Part shown: positions 1-8,556 of the stretch, piece after piece
Layout of the letters: the number at the start of each line of letters is the position of its first letter
Numbering within the stretch: position 1 is the first letter of the stretch
Position numbers and translations under genes: made by a program
Assembly (NCBI GenBank): GCA_964525955.1
Contig: CAZGKJ010000001.1
Coordinates: 4,069-68,068, forward strand
Length of the DNA stretch: 64,000 nt
Direction: 5' to 3'
Source of the DNA: an uncultured Candidatus Bathyarchaeia archaeon
GTDB lineage: Archaea > Thermoproteota > Bathyarchaeia > TCS64 > B23
The notes under the pieces: model-generated
What the model saw: the letters and a program-made list of their open reading frames with translations, nothing else
What the model was told of the DNA's origin: nothing
Databases searched by the model: none

Positions 1-1
1 G

Positions 2-637
2 CCGCATCATCCGCTGGATACGCCGGGGAAGGATACTTGGAGGCATAGGGAGGCTGGAGCTGAGGCCTCGGCCATCATAGCCGATGGAAGAGCCGCCATA
101 TTCATCGATCGACCTCTCACACCCGCTGAGGCTCTGGAGGCTCTGGGGCCCCTCGACTTCGTCATCCTCGAAGGCTTCAAATCCATCGAATACATACCAA
201 GAATACTCGTCGTGAGGAAGCCCAGCGAGGTTATGGAGCTCTCCAACGGCTTGGAGATCGCCGTAGTCTCGGGTCAAAGCCTAGAGGGATTGGGGATCGA
301 GGCGCCAACGCTGAGCTTTGATGGGGTTGAGGAGCTCGCCTCCATCGTCGAGGAGAGGGCCATCCCCCTTCTCCCAGGATTGAACTGCGGTGGATGCGGC
401 TATGAGAGCTGCAGGGAGCTCGCCCTCGCAGCCCTCAGGGGTGAGGCCGATCCCTCAAGATGCATTCATTTAAGTGTTGGAGATGTGGTGCTCCGAGTTG
501 ACGGGCGGCGGATACCCCTAAACCCCTATGTGAGGAGGGTCTTCAGAGATGTCCTCAAGGCCCTCGTCGGCACCTTGAGGGGATGCGAGGAGGCTAAGCG
601 GATAGAGGTATCTGTGGAGGCTGAGGGGGATGTCTGA
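2..637 (+). CDS. mobB: Molybdopterin-guanine dinucleotide biosynthesis protein MobB fused to a C-terminal putative Fe-S domain; 5' end lies outside the window
   Basis: Frame 2 is open from the window start. The translation '...PLDFVILEGFKSIEY...' carries the MobB 'EGFK' motif. The C-terminal part has 'LNCGGCGYESC...C', a four-Cys motif typical of the PF04060-type putative Fe-S domain. Confidence 0.6.
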   Translation, partial: PHHPLDTPGKDTWRHREAGAEASAIIADGRAAIFIDRPLTPAEALEALGPLDFVILEGFKSIEYIPRILVVRKPSEVMELSNGLEIAVVSGQSLEGLGIEAPTLSFDGVEELASIVEERAIPLLPGLNCGGCGYESCRELALAALRGEADPSRCIHLSVGDVVLRVDGRRIPLNPYVRRVFRDVLKALVGTLRGCEEAKRIEVSVEAEGDV

Positions 638-1406
638 GGTGCTTTGGATATGCATCGACAGCAACGAGGCCTCCCAGAGGCCTGAGATCGTCAACTATCT
701 CAGGCTTTCGGGATGCGAGGTGGAGATGAGGAGGCTTCCAATCTGCGACTACGTCGTCTCAGATCGCTGCGGAATAGAGCGGAAGGACGCCCATGACCTC
801 GCTAACAGCCTGAAGGATGGAAGACTCTTCAACCAGGCGAGGGAGATCGCAGAGGCCTATGAGAGGCCTATACTGATCCTTGAGGGGAGGCTCACAGCCG
901 TTCTGAGACGTAGCAGGATGAGGCCCTCCTCCCTCTATGGAGCCCTCGCAAGCCTCGCCTTAGACTACGGCTTCTCCATCATACCGACGGCCGACGCCTA
1001 TGCGACGTCGGTTCTACTTCAGAGATTGGCCTATAGGGAGCAGGTGGAGGAGAGGAGGCCGCCGCAGCTTAGAAGCGTGAGTCGACGTATGCCGCTGCAG
1101 GAGCAGCAGCTATTCCTCCTGTCAGGCCTCCCAAACATCGGTCGATCCCTCGCCGAGGATCTCCTAAAACACTTCAACACTCCGATAAGGGTGTTGGAGG
1201 AGCTCGCCTCAGCAGAGATCAAAATCTCGAGAACTGGAAAGACGAGGAGATTGGAGGGCCCTTTAAAGGCGGTGAGGGGGATAGGGCCGAGGATCGTGGA
1301 GGAGGCCAAGAGGCTTTTAACCACACCCTACACTATGAAGGCTGAGGGGGAGGAGGCCCCCGATCTAACCCGATACCTTAAGGGATATGGCTCCCAGGGG
1401 AGTTAA
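630..1406 (+). CDS. XPF/ERCC4-family structure-specific nuclease (short crenarchaeal-type, nuclease + HhH2, no helicase domain)
   Basis: The ERCC4 nuclease signature 'GIERKDAHDL' (ERK motif) is present. The C-terminus has tandem helix-hairpin-helix 'LLSGLPNIGRSLAEDLL'. At 258 aa the length matches crenarchaeal XPF. Confidence 0.75.
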   Translation: MSEVLWICIDSNEASQRPEIVNYLRLSGCEVEMRRLPICDYVVSDRCGIERKDAHDLANSLKDGRLFNQAREIAEAYERPILILEGRLTAVLRRSRMRPSSLYGALASLALDYGFSIIPTADAYATSVLLQRLAYREQVEERRPPQLRSVSRRMPLQEQQLFLLSGLPNIGRSLAEDLLKHFNTPIRVLEELASAEIKISRTGKTRRLEGPLKAVRGIGPRIVEEAKRLLTTPYTMKAEGEEAPDLTRYLKGYGSQGS

Positions 1407-1414
1407 AACTTTAA
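1403..1414 (+). promoter_or_regulatory. TATA-like box (TTAAAACTTTAA) about 25 bp upstream of tRNA-Arg
   Basis: An AT-rich hexamer/octamer sits in an otherwise GC-rich context at the canonical archaeal distance from the tRNA 5' end. Confidence 0.4.
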
Positions 1415-1438
1415 TCACAGCCCTCTCCAAATCTCCGT

Positions 1439-1511
1439 GGGCCCGTAGCCGAGTGGATAAGGCGCCGGCCTTCGGAGCCGGAGAGCAGGGGTTCAAATCC
1501 CCTCGGGCCCG
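1439..1511 (+). tRNA. tRNA-Arg (anticodon TCG)
   Basis: The sequence folds as a cloverleaf by eye. It has a 7-bp acceptor stem GGGCCCG/CGGGCCC, a D-arm GCCG-AGTGGATAA-GGCG, an anticodon stem CCGGC/GCCGG with loop CTTCGGA (anticodon TCG), and a T-arm AGGGG-TTCAAAT-CCCCT. The discriminator is G and no CCA is encoded. Confidence 0.85.
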
Positions 1512-1517
1512 CCTGAG

Positions 1518-3461
1518 GTGGAGGCGATGTCAAATCCGCTGGAATCCCTGAGGGGGGAGTGCCGACGCCTCCTTGAGGGAGGCCTTAGGATGCTCTCCAT
1601 CCCTGAACCCCTTGAGCTTAGCTTCTCCAAGCCCCCAAGCCTTGAGATGGGGGAGATATCAACCTCCATCTGCTTCAGGCTCGCCTCTAAGTTGCATAGG
1701 AGTCCGCAGGAGCTGGCCTCGGAGCTGGCCTCAGCCCTCGATCCATCATCGTCTCAGCTCATCGAGTCCGTTGAGGCTGTTGGAGGCTACATAAACTTCC
1801 ACGCCGATCCAGGTGAGTTCTCGAAGCTGACCCTGGAGACAGCCGTGGAGCTGGATGGGGAGTATGGCTTCCTGAAGGCTGAGAGGGCTGAGAGGGTTAT
1901 GGTGGAGCACACCAGCGCCAACCCGAATGGGCCGATACACATCGGGAACGCCAGGAACTCGATTTTGGGCGACGCCCTTGCGAGGATGCTGAGGAGGCGT
2001 GGACATGAGGTTGCCATACACTTCTACGTCGATGACATGGGTAGGCAGGTGGCCATGGCCACCTATGGGTGGAGACTCCTCGGCAGACCCGAGCCCGAGG
2101 GGCCCCCAGACCTATGGGTTGGCACCATCTACGCCTCCGTGAACGTCATCAAGGAGGTGAAGAGGCTTAAGAGGGAGCTGGAGGAGGCCAAGGCCCTCGA
2201 GGCCTATGCACGGGTCAGCGAGATAAACGCCCAGCTCAGCCACTATGCTGCGGCAGCTCAGGAGCTGAGGGAGAGGGCTCCGCAGATCTTCGATAGCCTC
2301 CTCGAGGCCTTGGAGGATGAGGAGGATCCAGATGGGGAGATTTCGAGGTTGAACGCCGAATATGAGCGTGGCGAATCCGAGGCGAGGAGGGATGTTAGGA
2401 GACTCGTCGAATACTGCTTAGAGGGCTTTAGGGAGGCCCTGGGTGAGATCGGAATCCACTTCGACTCCTGGGACTATGAGAGCGACCTCGTCTGGAGTGG
2501 GGCCGTCGACGAGGTGATAGATAGGCTGAGGAGAACCCCCTACACACGCTTCGAGGATGGGGCTCTAATCCTCGACTGTGAGGCTGTGGCGAGAGATTTG
2601 AAGCTGAAGGAGCGTTGGGGCATAAACCCCCGATACGAGATACCTGAACTCGTCTTGGTGAGGGCTGATGGGACAACCCTCTACACGACGAGGGATATCG
2701 CATATTCACTGTGGAAGTTTGAGAGGGTTGACCGAGTCATCAACGTCATCGGATATGAGCAGAGCACGGCTCAGCTCCAGCTTAGGATAGCCCTCGCAGC
2801 CCTCGGCCATGTTGACATCGCCGATAGACAGCGGCACTACGCCTATAAGTTCGTCATCCTCCCAGGGTTGAAGATGAGCGGCCGATTGGGGCGCTACGTC
2901 ACCCTCAGGGAGGTGGTGGAGAAGGCTGTGGAGCTCGCCTATAGGGAGGTGGATGCGAGGTCGCCTGGGCTTCCGGAGGGTGAGAAGCGTCGCATCGCTG
3001 GGATGGTTGGTCATGGAGCTGTGAAGTATGCCTTGCTGAGCGTCGACCCCATGAAGACCGTAGTCTTCGACTGGGATAGAGTTCTGGACTTCGAGAGGAA
3101 TAGCGCCCCCTTCATCCAATACTCCCACGCCAGGGCCTGCAGCATACTCCGCAAGGCTGGGGATCGACCTAAACCTGACTATGGCCTGCTGAGGGATTTG
3201 AAGGAAAGGGAGCTGGTTCATTTCATAGCCTCCTTCCCCGAAGTCTTCCAGGAGGCCGTTGAGGCCCTCAGCCCCCAGGCCATCGCCTCCTACGCCAACC
3301 AGCTCGCTGATAAGTTCAACAGCTTCTATGCGTCTCATCCCGTCTTGAGGGCTGAGCCTGAGGGCCTGGCTGGGGCGAGGCTGATGCTCGTCGACGCCGT
3401 CAGGGTTGTCCTGAGGAACGCCCTATCGGTTCTTGGCATAGAGGCTCCGGAGCGGATGTAG
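1518..3461 (+). CDS. argS: Arginyl-tRNA synthetase
   Basis: This is a class I aaRS with the HIGH-type motif 'PNGPIHIGNARN'. The 647-aa length and overall similarity fit ArgRS. The start is GTG 1518 or ATG 1527, only 7-16 nt after the tRNA-Arg. Confidence 0.9.
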   Translation: MEAMSNPLESLRGECRRLLEGGLRMLSIPEPLELSFSKPPSLEMGEISTSICFRLASKLHRSPQELASELASALDPSSSQLIESVEAVGGYINFHADPGEFSKLTLETAVELDGEYGFLKAERAERVMVEHTSANPNGPIHIGNARNSILGDALARMLRRRGHEVAIHFYVDDMGRQVAMATYGWRLLGRPEPEGPPDLWVGTIYASVNVIKEVKRLKRELEEAKALEAYARVSEINAQLSHYAAAAQELRERAPQIFDSLLEALEDEEDPDGEISRLNAEYERGESEARRDVRRLVEYCLEGFREALGEIGIHFDSWDYESDLVWSGAVDEVIDRLRRTPYTRFEDGALILDCEAVARDLKLKERWGINPRYEIPELVLVRADGTTLYTTRDIAYSLWKFERVDRVINVIGYEQSTAQLQLRIALAALGHVDIADRQRHYAYKFVILPGLKMSGRLGRYVTLREVVEKAVELAYREVDARSPGLPEGEKRRIAGMVGHGAVKYALLSVDPMKTVVFDWDRVLDFERNSAPFIQYSHARACSILRKAGDRPKPDYGLLRDLKERELVHFIASFPEVFQEAVEALSPQAIASYANQLADKFNSFYASHPVLRAEPEGLAGARLMLVDAVRVVLRNALSVLGIEAPERM

Positions 3462-3472
3462 CTTCGCTCCCT

Positions 3473-3480
3473 TTATATAA
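3473..3480 (+). promoter_or_regulatory. TATA box (TTTATATAA) about 30 bp upstream of the htpX-like start
   Basis: Sequence motif; the spacing is consistent with a leaderless archaeal transcript. Confidence 0.4.
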
Positions 3481-3503
3481 TACCCCTCCACTGAGGCGAT
3501 CTG

Positions 3504-4499
3504 GTGCGCATGAGTCTCTGGAGGCTTAGGCTCTCCATCCTTGGGACCCTCGCCCTCATCATAGGCGTCTCAACCCTCGGCTTCTCCCTACTCCTATGGC
3601 TGCTGGGAGCCTTCAGCCTCCTCACCCTCTGCATATTGACAGCCCTCTTCAACATACTCCAATGGCTGATGGCCCCCTATCTCATCAACGCCATATATGG
3701 GGTGAGGCCTCTCGGGGAGGATGAGCATCCTGAGCTCCATCGGATCGTAGATGAGCTATCTCTGCGTTCAGGTATCGAGAGGCCGAGGTTGATGCTCGCT
3801 GAGATGTCGATTCCCAACGCCTTCGCCTATGGTTCGCCGCTGACCGGTAACATGGTCGCCGTCACCAGGGGCCTATTGAGGCATCTTGAGTTGGAGGAGG
3901 TGGAGGCCGTCATCGGCCATGAGCTTGGTCATATTAGGCATAGGGATGTTCAGGTGATGATGTTCGTCTCCTTCCTCCCCTCCCTCTTCTATCTACTCGC
4001 CAGGTCAACCCTCTACCCCTACTACTATGGCTACTATCCCCGTAGGAGGCGTGGAGACTACTCCGCCCTCGCCCTGGTCGGCGCCATTTCGATGCTCATA
4101 TACTTCATCCTCCTCCTCTTCACCCTCCACCTAAGCAGGCTGAGGGAATACTACGCCGATCAGCATAGCGTCTCCATCGTCGATGATGGGGCGAGGAAGC
4201 TGGCTGAGGCCCTGGCGAAGATATCAACCTCAACCAGCAGGATGGGGCGATCCGAGACGAGGGGACTTGGAAGCTTCAAAACACTCTTCATCTCAGATCC
4301 CGATAGGGCCCTGGCAGATGCGGCTGACCTCCAGAGGCTCCGATATGGTGGAAGAGACGATGAGCTTGTGAGGAGGCTTCTGGAGCGGAAGCTAACCTGG
4401 TTTGATAGATTCATGGAGATCTTCTCTACGCATCCAAATGTAGTTAAGCGGATAAGGGCTCTCCTCGAAGCCTACGGAGGATTCCCCCCAGAATCCTGA
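3504..4499 (+). CDS. htpX: HtpX-like M48 zinc metalloprotease (membrane)
   Basis: An N-terminal hydrophobic region is followed by the HEXXH motif 'GHELGHIRHRD', typical of the M48/HtpX family. The likely true start is ATG 3510. Confidence 0.8.
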   Translation: MRMSLWRLRLSILGTLALIIGVSTLGFSLLLWLLGAFSLLTLCILTALFNILQWLMAPYLINAIYGVRPLGEDEHPELHRIVDELSLRSGIERPRLMLAEMSIPNAFAYGSPLTGNMVAVTRGLLRHLELEEVEAVIGHELGHIRHRDVQVMMFVSFLPSLFYLLARSTLYPYYYGYYPRRRRGDYSALALVGAISMLIYFILLLFTLHLSRLREYYADQHSVSIVDDGARKLAEALAKISTSTSRMGRSETRGLGSFKTLFISDPDRALADAADLQRLRYGGRDDELVRRLLERKLTWFDRFMEIFSTHPNVVKRIRALLEAYGGFPPES

Positions 4500-5052
4500 A
4501 GTCATCCTCCAAAACCCTTAGGAGCTCCTTTGCGTAGAGGGCTGCGGCTGGATGGTAGAGGGGGAAGAGGAGCACCCCTCCCCAGGGGGCCTCAGCCTCG
4601 AAGCATCTGCCGTGAACCCTGCTTATGGAGGGGGCCTCATAGCCGAAGCGTTTCAGGAGGTATCCGGCGGCGGAGTTCCCCATGGGCGCTATCACCCTCG
4701 GCTGGATGATGGCGAGCTGCCTCTCCAGATATGGGGTGCAGGCCTCAACCTCATCAGCCCTCGGCCTCCTATTTCCAGGGGGTCTACACTTCAATATGTT
4801 CCCGATGTAGACATCCTCCCTCCTCAAACCTATATCGGCTAAGAGTCTGTCGAGGAGTCTTCCCGCAGAGCCCACGAAGGGTCTACCCGTCTCATCCTCA
4901 ACCCTTCCAGGGGCCTCCCCCACGAGGAATAGCTCAGCCTCCAGGCTTCCCTCCCCCACGACGGCGTTCTTCCTGAGACTTCCAAGCCTACACTTTCTAC
5001 ATCTCCAAACCTCCTCCGCCAGCTCCCTCATCAACTCCTCCTTCGATGTCAT
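4444..5052 (-). CDS. Uracil-DNA glycosylase, family 4 (thermostable Fe-S UDG)
   Basis: The motifs 'GEAPGRVEDETGRPFVGSAGRLL', N-terminal 'CRKCRL' cysteines and 'HPAAALY' are characteristic of family 4 UDG. The gene is convergent with htpX, overlapping its 3' end by 56 nt. Confidence 0.85.
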   Translation of the reverse strand: MTSKEELMRELAEEVWRCRKCRLGSLRKNAVVGEGSLEAELFLVGEAPGRVEDETGRPFVGSAGRLLDRLLADIGLRREDVYIGNILKCRPPGNRRPRADEVEACTPYLERQLAIIQPRVIAPMGNSAAGYLLKRFGYEAPSISRVHGRCFEAEAPWGGVLLFPLYHPAAALYAKELLRVLEDDFRILGGILRRLRGEPLSA

Positions 5053-5062
5053 CCCCTCACCC

Positions 5063-6245
5063 CTATATGGCTCCCATCTCCCTAAGCCTGCTGATCTCCT
5101 CGAGGCTTAATCCGAGGATCTCCCTTAAAACCCACTCCGTATCCCCACCCAGCCTTGGAGCGGGGCCTCTGGGTCCTGGCCTCGTCTCCGACATCTTAAT
5201 CGGCGATCCCAATAGGTTGACCCTGCCCAATCCAGGCTGGTTTAGTGGGATTATCATCTCCCTCGCCTCAGCTATATGCTCATCCTCAACGATGTCCTTC
5301 ACCGTGTATATTGGAGCCGCTGGAACCCCATGGCCGTTTAGGAGCTCCACGATCTCCTCAACACGCCTCTTAGAAGTCCAGGCCTCTATCTCCCTCCTCA
5401 ACTCCTCATGATGCTCAACCCTATCCGGATTTGTCTTGAATCTCTCATCATCGGCGAGGTCTCTCAGCCCAGTGACCTCTATGAAGCGCCTCCAGATTCG
5501 ATCGTTGGCGACGCCTATGATTACCCATCCGTCCAGCGCCCTGAAGGAGTCGTAGGGGTAGACGAATTCATAGCGGTTGCCGATGCGCCCTGGTATGACG
5601 CCCTCCACGAAGTATCTCTGCGGAATATTCTCAAGGGATGCGAAGACGGAGTCCACCATGGCGACGTCGATGAGCTGCCCCCTGCCGGTTCGCTCTCTCA
5701 TCCATAGGGCCGCCAGTATGCCTATGCAGCAGAAGAGGGCTGCGAGGATGTCGCCGATTGCTGTTCCAACCCTCGTCGGAGGCGAGTCGGGCCAACCCGT
5801 TACGCTGAGGAGGCCTCCCATCGCCTGGGCTATTATGTCGTATGCCGCCCTATGCCTATAGGGCCCCGTCCTCCCGAAGCCTGAGATGGAGGCGTAGATG
5901 ATCCCTGGATTCACCTCCCTGAGGTTTTCGTAGCCGAGGCCTACGCTCCATGGTTCCAGGCCTGAAGTTCTCAAGTAGCACATCGCTCCGCCTCACGAGC
6001 TCCAGGAAGATTCGTCTCCCCTCAGGATGCTTGAGGTTAAGGGTGATGCTCCTCTTCCCCCTGTTGAGATTTATGTAGTATAGGCTCTCCCCATGTAGGA
6101 AGGGTGGGAAGGCCCTTGAGTCGTCTCCCCGACCAGGCGTCTCAACCTTAATCACCTCAGCGCCGAGATCTGCGAGGATCATAGAGCAATAGGGGCCGGC
6201 CAGCACCCTACTTAGATCGAGAACCCTCACGCCGCTTAGATCCAT
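5063..6245 (-). pseudogene. Family III CoA-transferase (CaiB/BaiF-like), split by a frameshift near 5940-5950
   Basis: The N-terminal ORF (6245..5856) reads 'VLDLSRVLAGPYCSMILADLGAEVIKVE...ENFRPGTMER'. The protein then continues in another frame (from ~5945) as 'GLGYENLREVNPGIIYASISGFGRTGP...'. Together these reconstitute the contiguous CaiB-family core, implying a 1-nt indel or a sequencing error. Confidence 0.7.
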
Positions 6246-6295
6246 CCCACCCCATGATGAGATTCCACACTTAAATCGAGGCGGTGAAGATGTAG

Positions 6296-6331
6296 CCTTA
6301 TAAATTTAGGTATCTAATCTATCTAGATAGC
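6296..6331 (+). promoter_or_regulatory. Divergent promoter region with a TATA box (TTATAAA, ~6299-6305) and a perfect 12-bp palindrome CTATCTAGATAG (6319-6330) abutting the PadR start codon
   Basis: Read directly from the sequence. The palindrome lies at the predicted TSS of the PadR-family regulator gene, so it is a plausible autoregulatory operator. Confidence 0.5.
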
Positions 6332-6682
6332 ATGCATCACCCTCATCGCCATCTGAGGTTTCCGATGAGGGGCCTCCTCCACATCACAATCCTCAGCATT
6401 CTAAGGGGTAGGGAGGCTCATGGAGCTGAGATCGGTAGACTCCTCAGAGACCGATATGGCATCACTGTGCCTAAGGCTATGGTCTACGGCCTGTTAAGGC
6501 GTTTGGAGGGGCATGGCCTCGTCTCCTCCCAGTGGAGTGTTGAGGGGAGTGGCCCAGCGAGGAGGATGTATCGGATAACGGAGGAGGGCTTAGACTACCT
6601 CGACGACTCCCTGAATAGGCTTAAGAGGGTTAAGTCCCTCATAGAACTCCTCATATTTGAGGCTGATCCCGGGAGGGTTTAG
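6332..6682 (+). CDS. PadR-family transcriptional regulator
   Basis: The winged-helix signature '...ILSILRGREAHGAEIGRLL...GLLRRLEGHGLVSSQW...RRMYRITEEGLDYL' is present. Confidence 0.85.
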   Translation: MHHPHRHLRFPMRGLLHITILSILRGREAHGAEIGRLLRDRYGITVPKAMVYGLLRRLEGHGLVSSQWSVEGSGPARRMYRITEEGLDYLDDSLNRLKRVKSLIELLIFEADPGRV

Positions 6683-6768
6683 CCCTGACCAAGGGTCGGG
6701 GAAGGAGCTGGAGGGAGACCCTGAGAACGGCGAGGCGTCTACTAAGCTACATCACACCCTACTGGCAG

Positions 6769-8556
6769 TTGAAGGCTATACTGCTGCTCATCGTAGCTAC
6801 GAATATCCTGGAGGTGCTTTCACCCATCATAATCGGCGGCGTCGTCGATCTCGTCGGCACCATCGCAATTGGGAAGCCCCCTGCTGAGAGGGGCGTCGAA
6901 GCCTCCATCTATCGATTGGCTCAGCCCCTATCGCTTTTCATCTCCCATCTCTTCTCCCTCAGCTCTAATCATGCCCTCCTCCTGGTTCTCTCCCTATCCC
7001 TAATCGTCCTCGCAGCCATCACAGGTTTGGGAAACTATCTGAGGCGATATGCCTCAGCCTGGATATCTCAGCGTGGCTCCTTCGAGCTTAGGAGAGACCT
7101 CTACGATGCCCTCCTGAGGCAGTCCTTCCGATTCTATGATCGGCGGAGGACGGGGCAGCTAATAGCGAGGGCGACGGGTGATATAAGGCAGATTGAGCGC
7201 TTCCTCGGCTTCGGCCTCCCAACACTCCTCTCATCGCTCCTCCTCACAATCCTCGTCGTCTCATCCCTCCTCGCCCTCGATTGGAGGCTCACCCTCCTCT
7301 CAGGCGTCGTCCTCCCCTTGATAGCGCTGACGGCTGGTAGATACGCCATGGAGATTGGCCCCCTCTGGTTTGAGGTTCGTGAACGCTTCGGCAGGCTAAC
7401 TTCCATCGTCCAGGAGGTCTTGGCGGCCATCAAGCTGGTGAAGGGCTTCGCCAGGGAGGACTACATGATGGAGCGCTTCTCCAGGGAGTGCGGTGGATAT
7501 CTCAGGGTTCTCATCGACACCGCCAGGGTTAGGGCCATCTATCTCCCACTCTCAACCCTGCTGGCCACCCTTGGGGGAGTCCTCATCATATGGTATGGCG
7601 GCCTGGAGGTCATGCGGGGCATCCTCACCATCGGAGGCCTCGTCGCCTTCTACCTCTACCTAACGAGGCTTCAGTGGCCGATTAGGAGCATAGCCTTCCT
7701 GGTGGGGATGCTTCAGAGGGCTGCCGCCGCAGCTGGGAGGGTCTTTGAGGTTATAGATGCCAGGGAGATGGTGGAGGAGCGGCCAGACGCCGTAGAGCTG
7801 GGCGAGATAAGGGGGGAGGTCGCCCTCAGAGATGTCTGGTTCAGCTACGATGGGGAGCGTATGGTGTTGAAGGGCGTCAGCCTCGAGGTGAAGCCGGGTG
7901 AACGGGTTGCCATCCTCGGCCCTCCGGGTTCTGGGAAGACCTCCATCATAAACCTGATCCCGAGATTCTACGACCCCCAGAGGGGCTCCGTCAAGATAGA
8001 TGGCGTGGATGTCAGGGATGTGAAGCTGAGGTCCCTGAGGCGTCAAATCGGCATCGTGAGGCAGGACCCCTTCATCTTCTCGACGACCATCAGGGAGAAC
8101 ATCTCCTACGGCGCTGAGGGGGCGTCGATGGATGAGATCGTCGAGGCGGCTAAGATGGCGAGGATACACAGCTTCATCGAGGCCCTCCCAGAGGGCTATG
8201 AGACTCGAGTCGGGGAGCGTGGAGTCACCCTCAGCGGGGGTGAGCGTCAGCGCATCGCAATAGCCCGAGTCATCCTGAGGAATCCCAGGATCGTCATCCT
8301 CGACGACTCCACATCGAATATCGACGCCGAGACTGAGGAGGAGATAAGACTCGCCCTCGAGGAGCTCTTCAAGGGTAGAACGGTCATAATCATAACTCAT
8401 AGGGTCTCGATGGCTCGATGGGCCGATCGCATCATCGTTCTGAGGGGTGGCAGGGTCGTGGAGGAGGGCTCCCATGAGGAGCTCCTGATGAGGAGGGGTT
8501 TCTACCATCGCCTATACATGGAGCAGGTGGGTGAGCCAGATGGGTATGGGTCATAG
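6769..8556 (+). CDS. ABC exporter, fused permease/ATPase subunit 1 (MsbA/multidrug type)
   Basis: Six N-terminal TM helices are followed by Walker A 'GPPGSGKTS', the signature 'LSGGERQRIAIARV' and Walker B 'ILDDSTS'. The called TTG start is probably not the true N-terminus. The upstream in-frame peptide '...RETLRTARRLLSYITPYWQL' looks like a native ABC-exporter N-terminus, but no ATG/GTG/TTG exists between the upstream stop (6664) and 6769. Confidence 0.85.
   Translation: MKAILLLIVATNILEVLSPIIIGGVVDLVGTIAIGKPPAERGVEASIYRLAQPLSLFISHLFSLSSNHALLLVLSLSLIVLAAITGLGNYLRRYASAWISQRGSFELRRDLYDALLRQSFRFYDRRRTGQLIARATGDIRQIERFLGFGLPTLLSSLLLTILVVSSLLALDWRLTLLSGVVLPLIALTAGRYAMEIGPLWFEVRERFGRLTSIVQEVLAAIKLVKGFAREDYMMERFSRECGGYLRVLIDTARVRAIYLPLSTLLATLGGVLIIWYGGLEVMRGILTIGGLVAFYLYLTRLQWPIRSIAFLVGMLQRAAAAAGRVFEVIDAREMVEERPDAVELGEIRGEVALRDVWFSYDGERMVLKGVSLEVKPGERVAILGPPGSGKTSIINLIPRFYDPQRGSVKIDGVDVRDVKLRSLRRQIGIVRQDPFIFSTTIRENISYGAEGASMDEIVEAAKMARIHSFIEALPEGYETRVGERGVTLSGGERQRIAIARVILRNPRIVILDDSTSNIDAETEEEIRLALEELFKGRTVIIITHRVSMARWADRIIVLRGGRVVEEGSHEELLMRRGFYHRLYMEQVGEPDGYGS

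Noticed and set aside
7660-8508. 282-aa ORF antisense to the first ABC-exporter gene, and similar long antisense ORFs (2706..3338, 13318..13740, 15864..16364, 26290..26814, 57937..58650)
   Set aside because: In a ~60% GC genome, stop-free antisense frames are expected. They have low-complexity Pro/Arg/Gly-rich translations and overlap well-supported genes.
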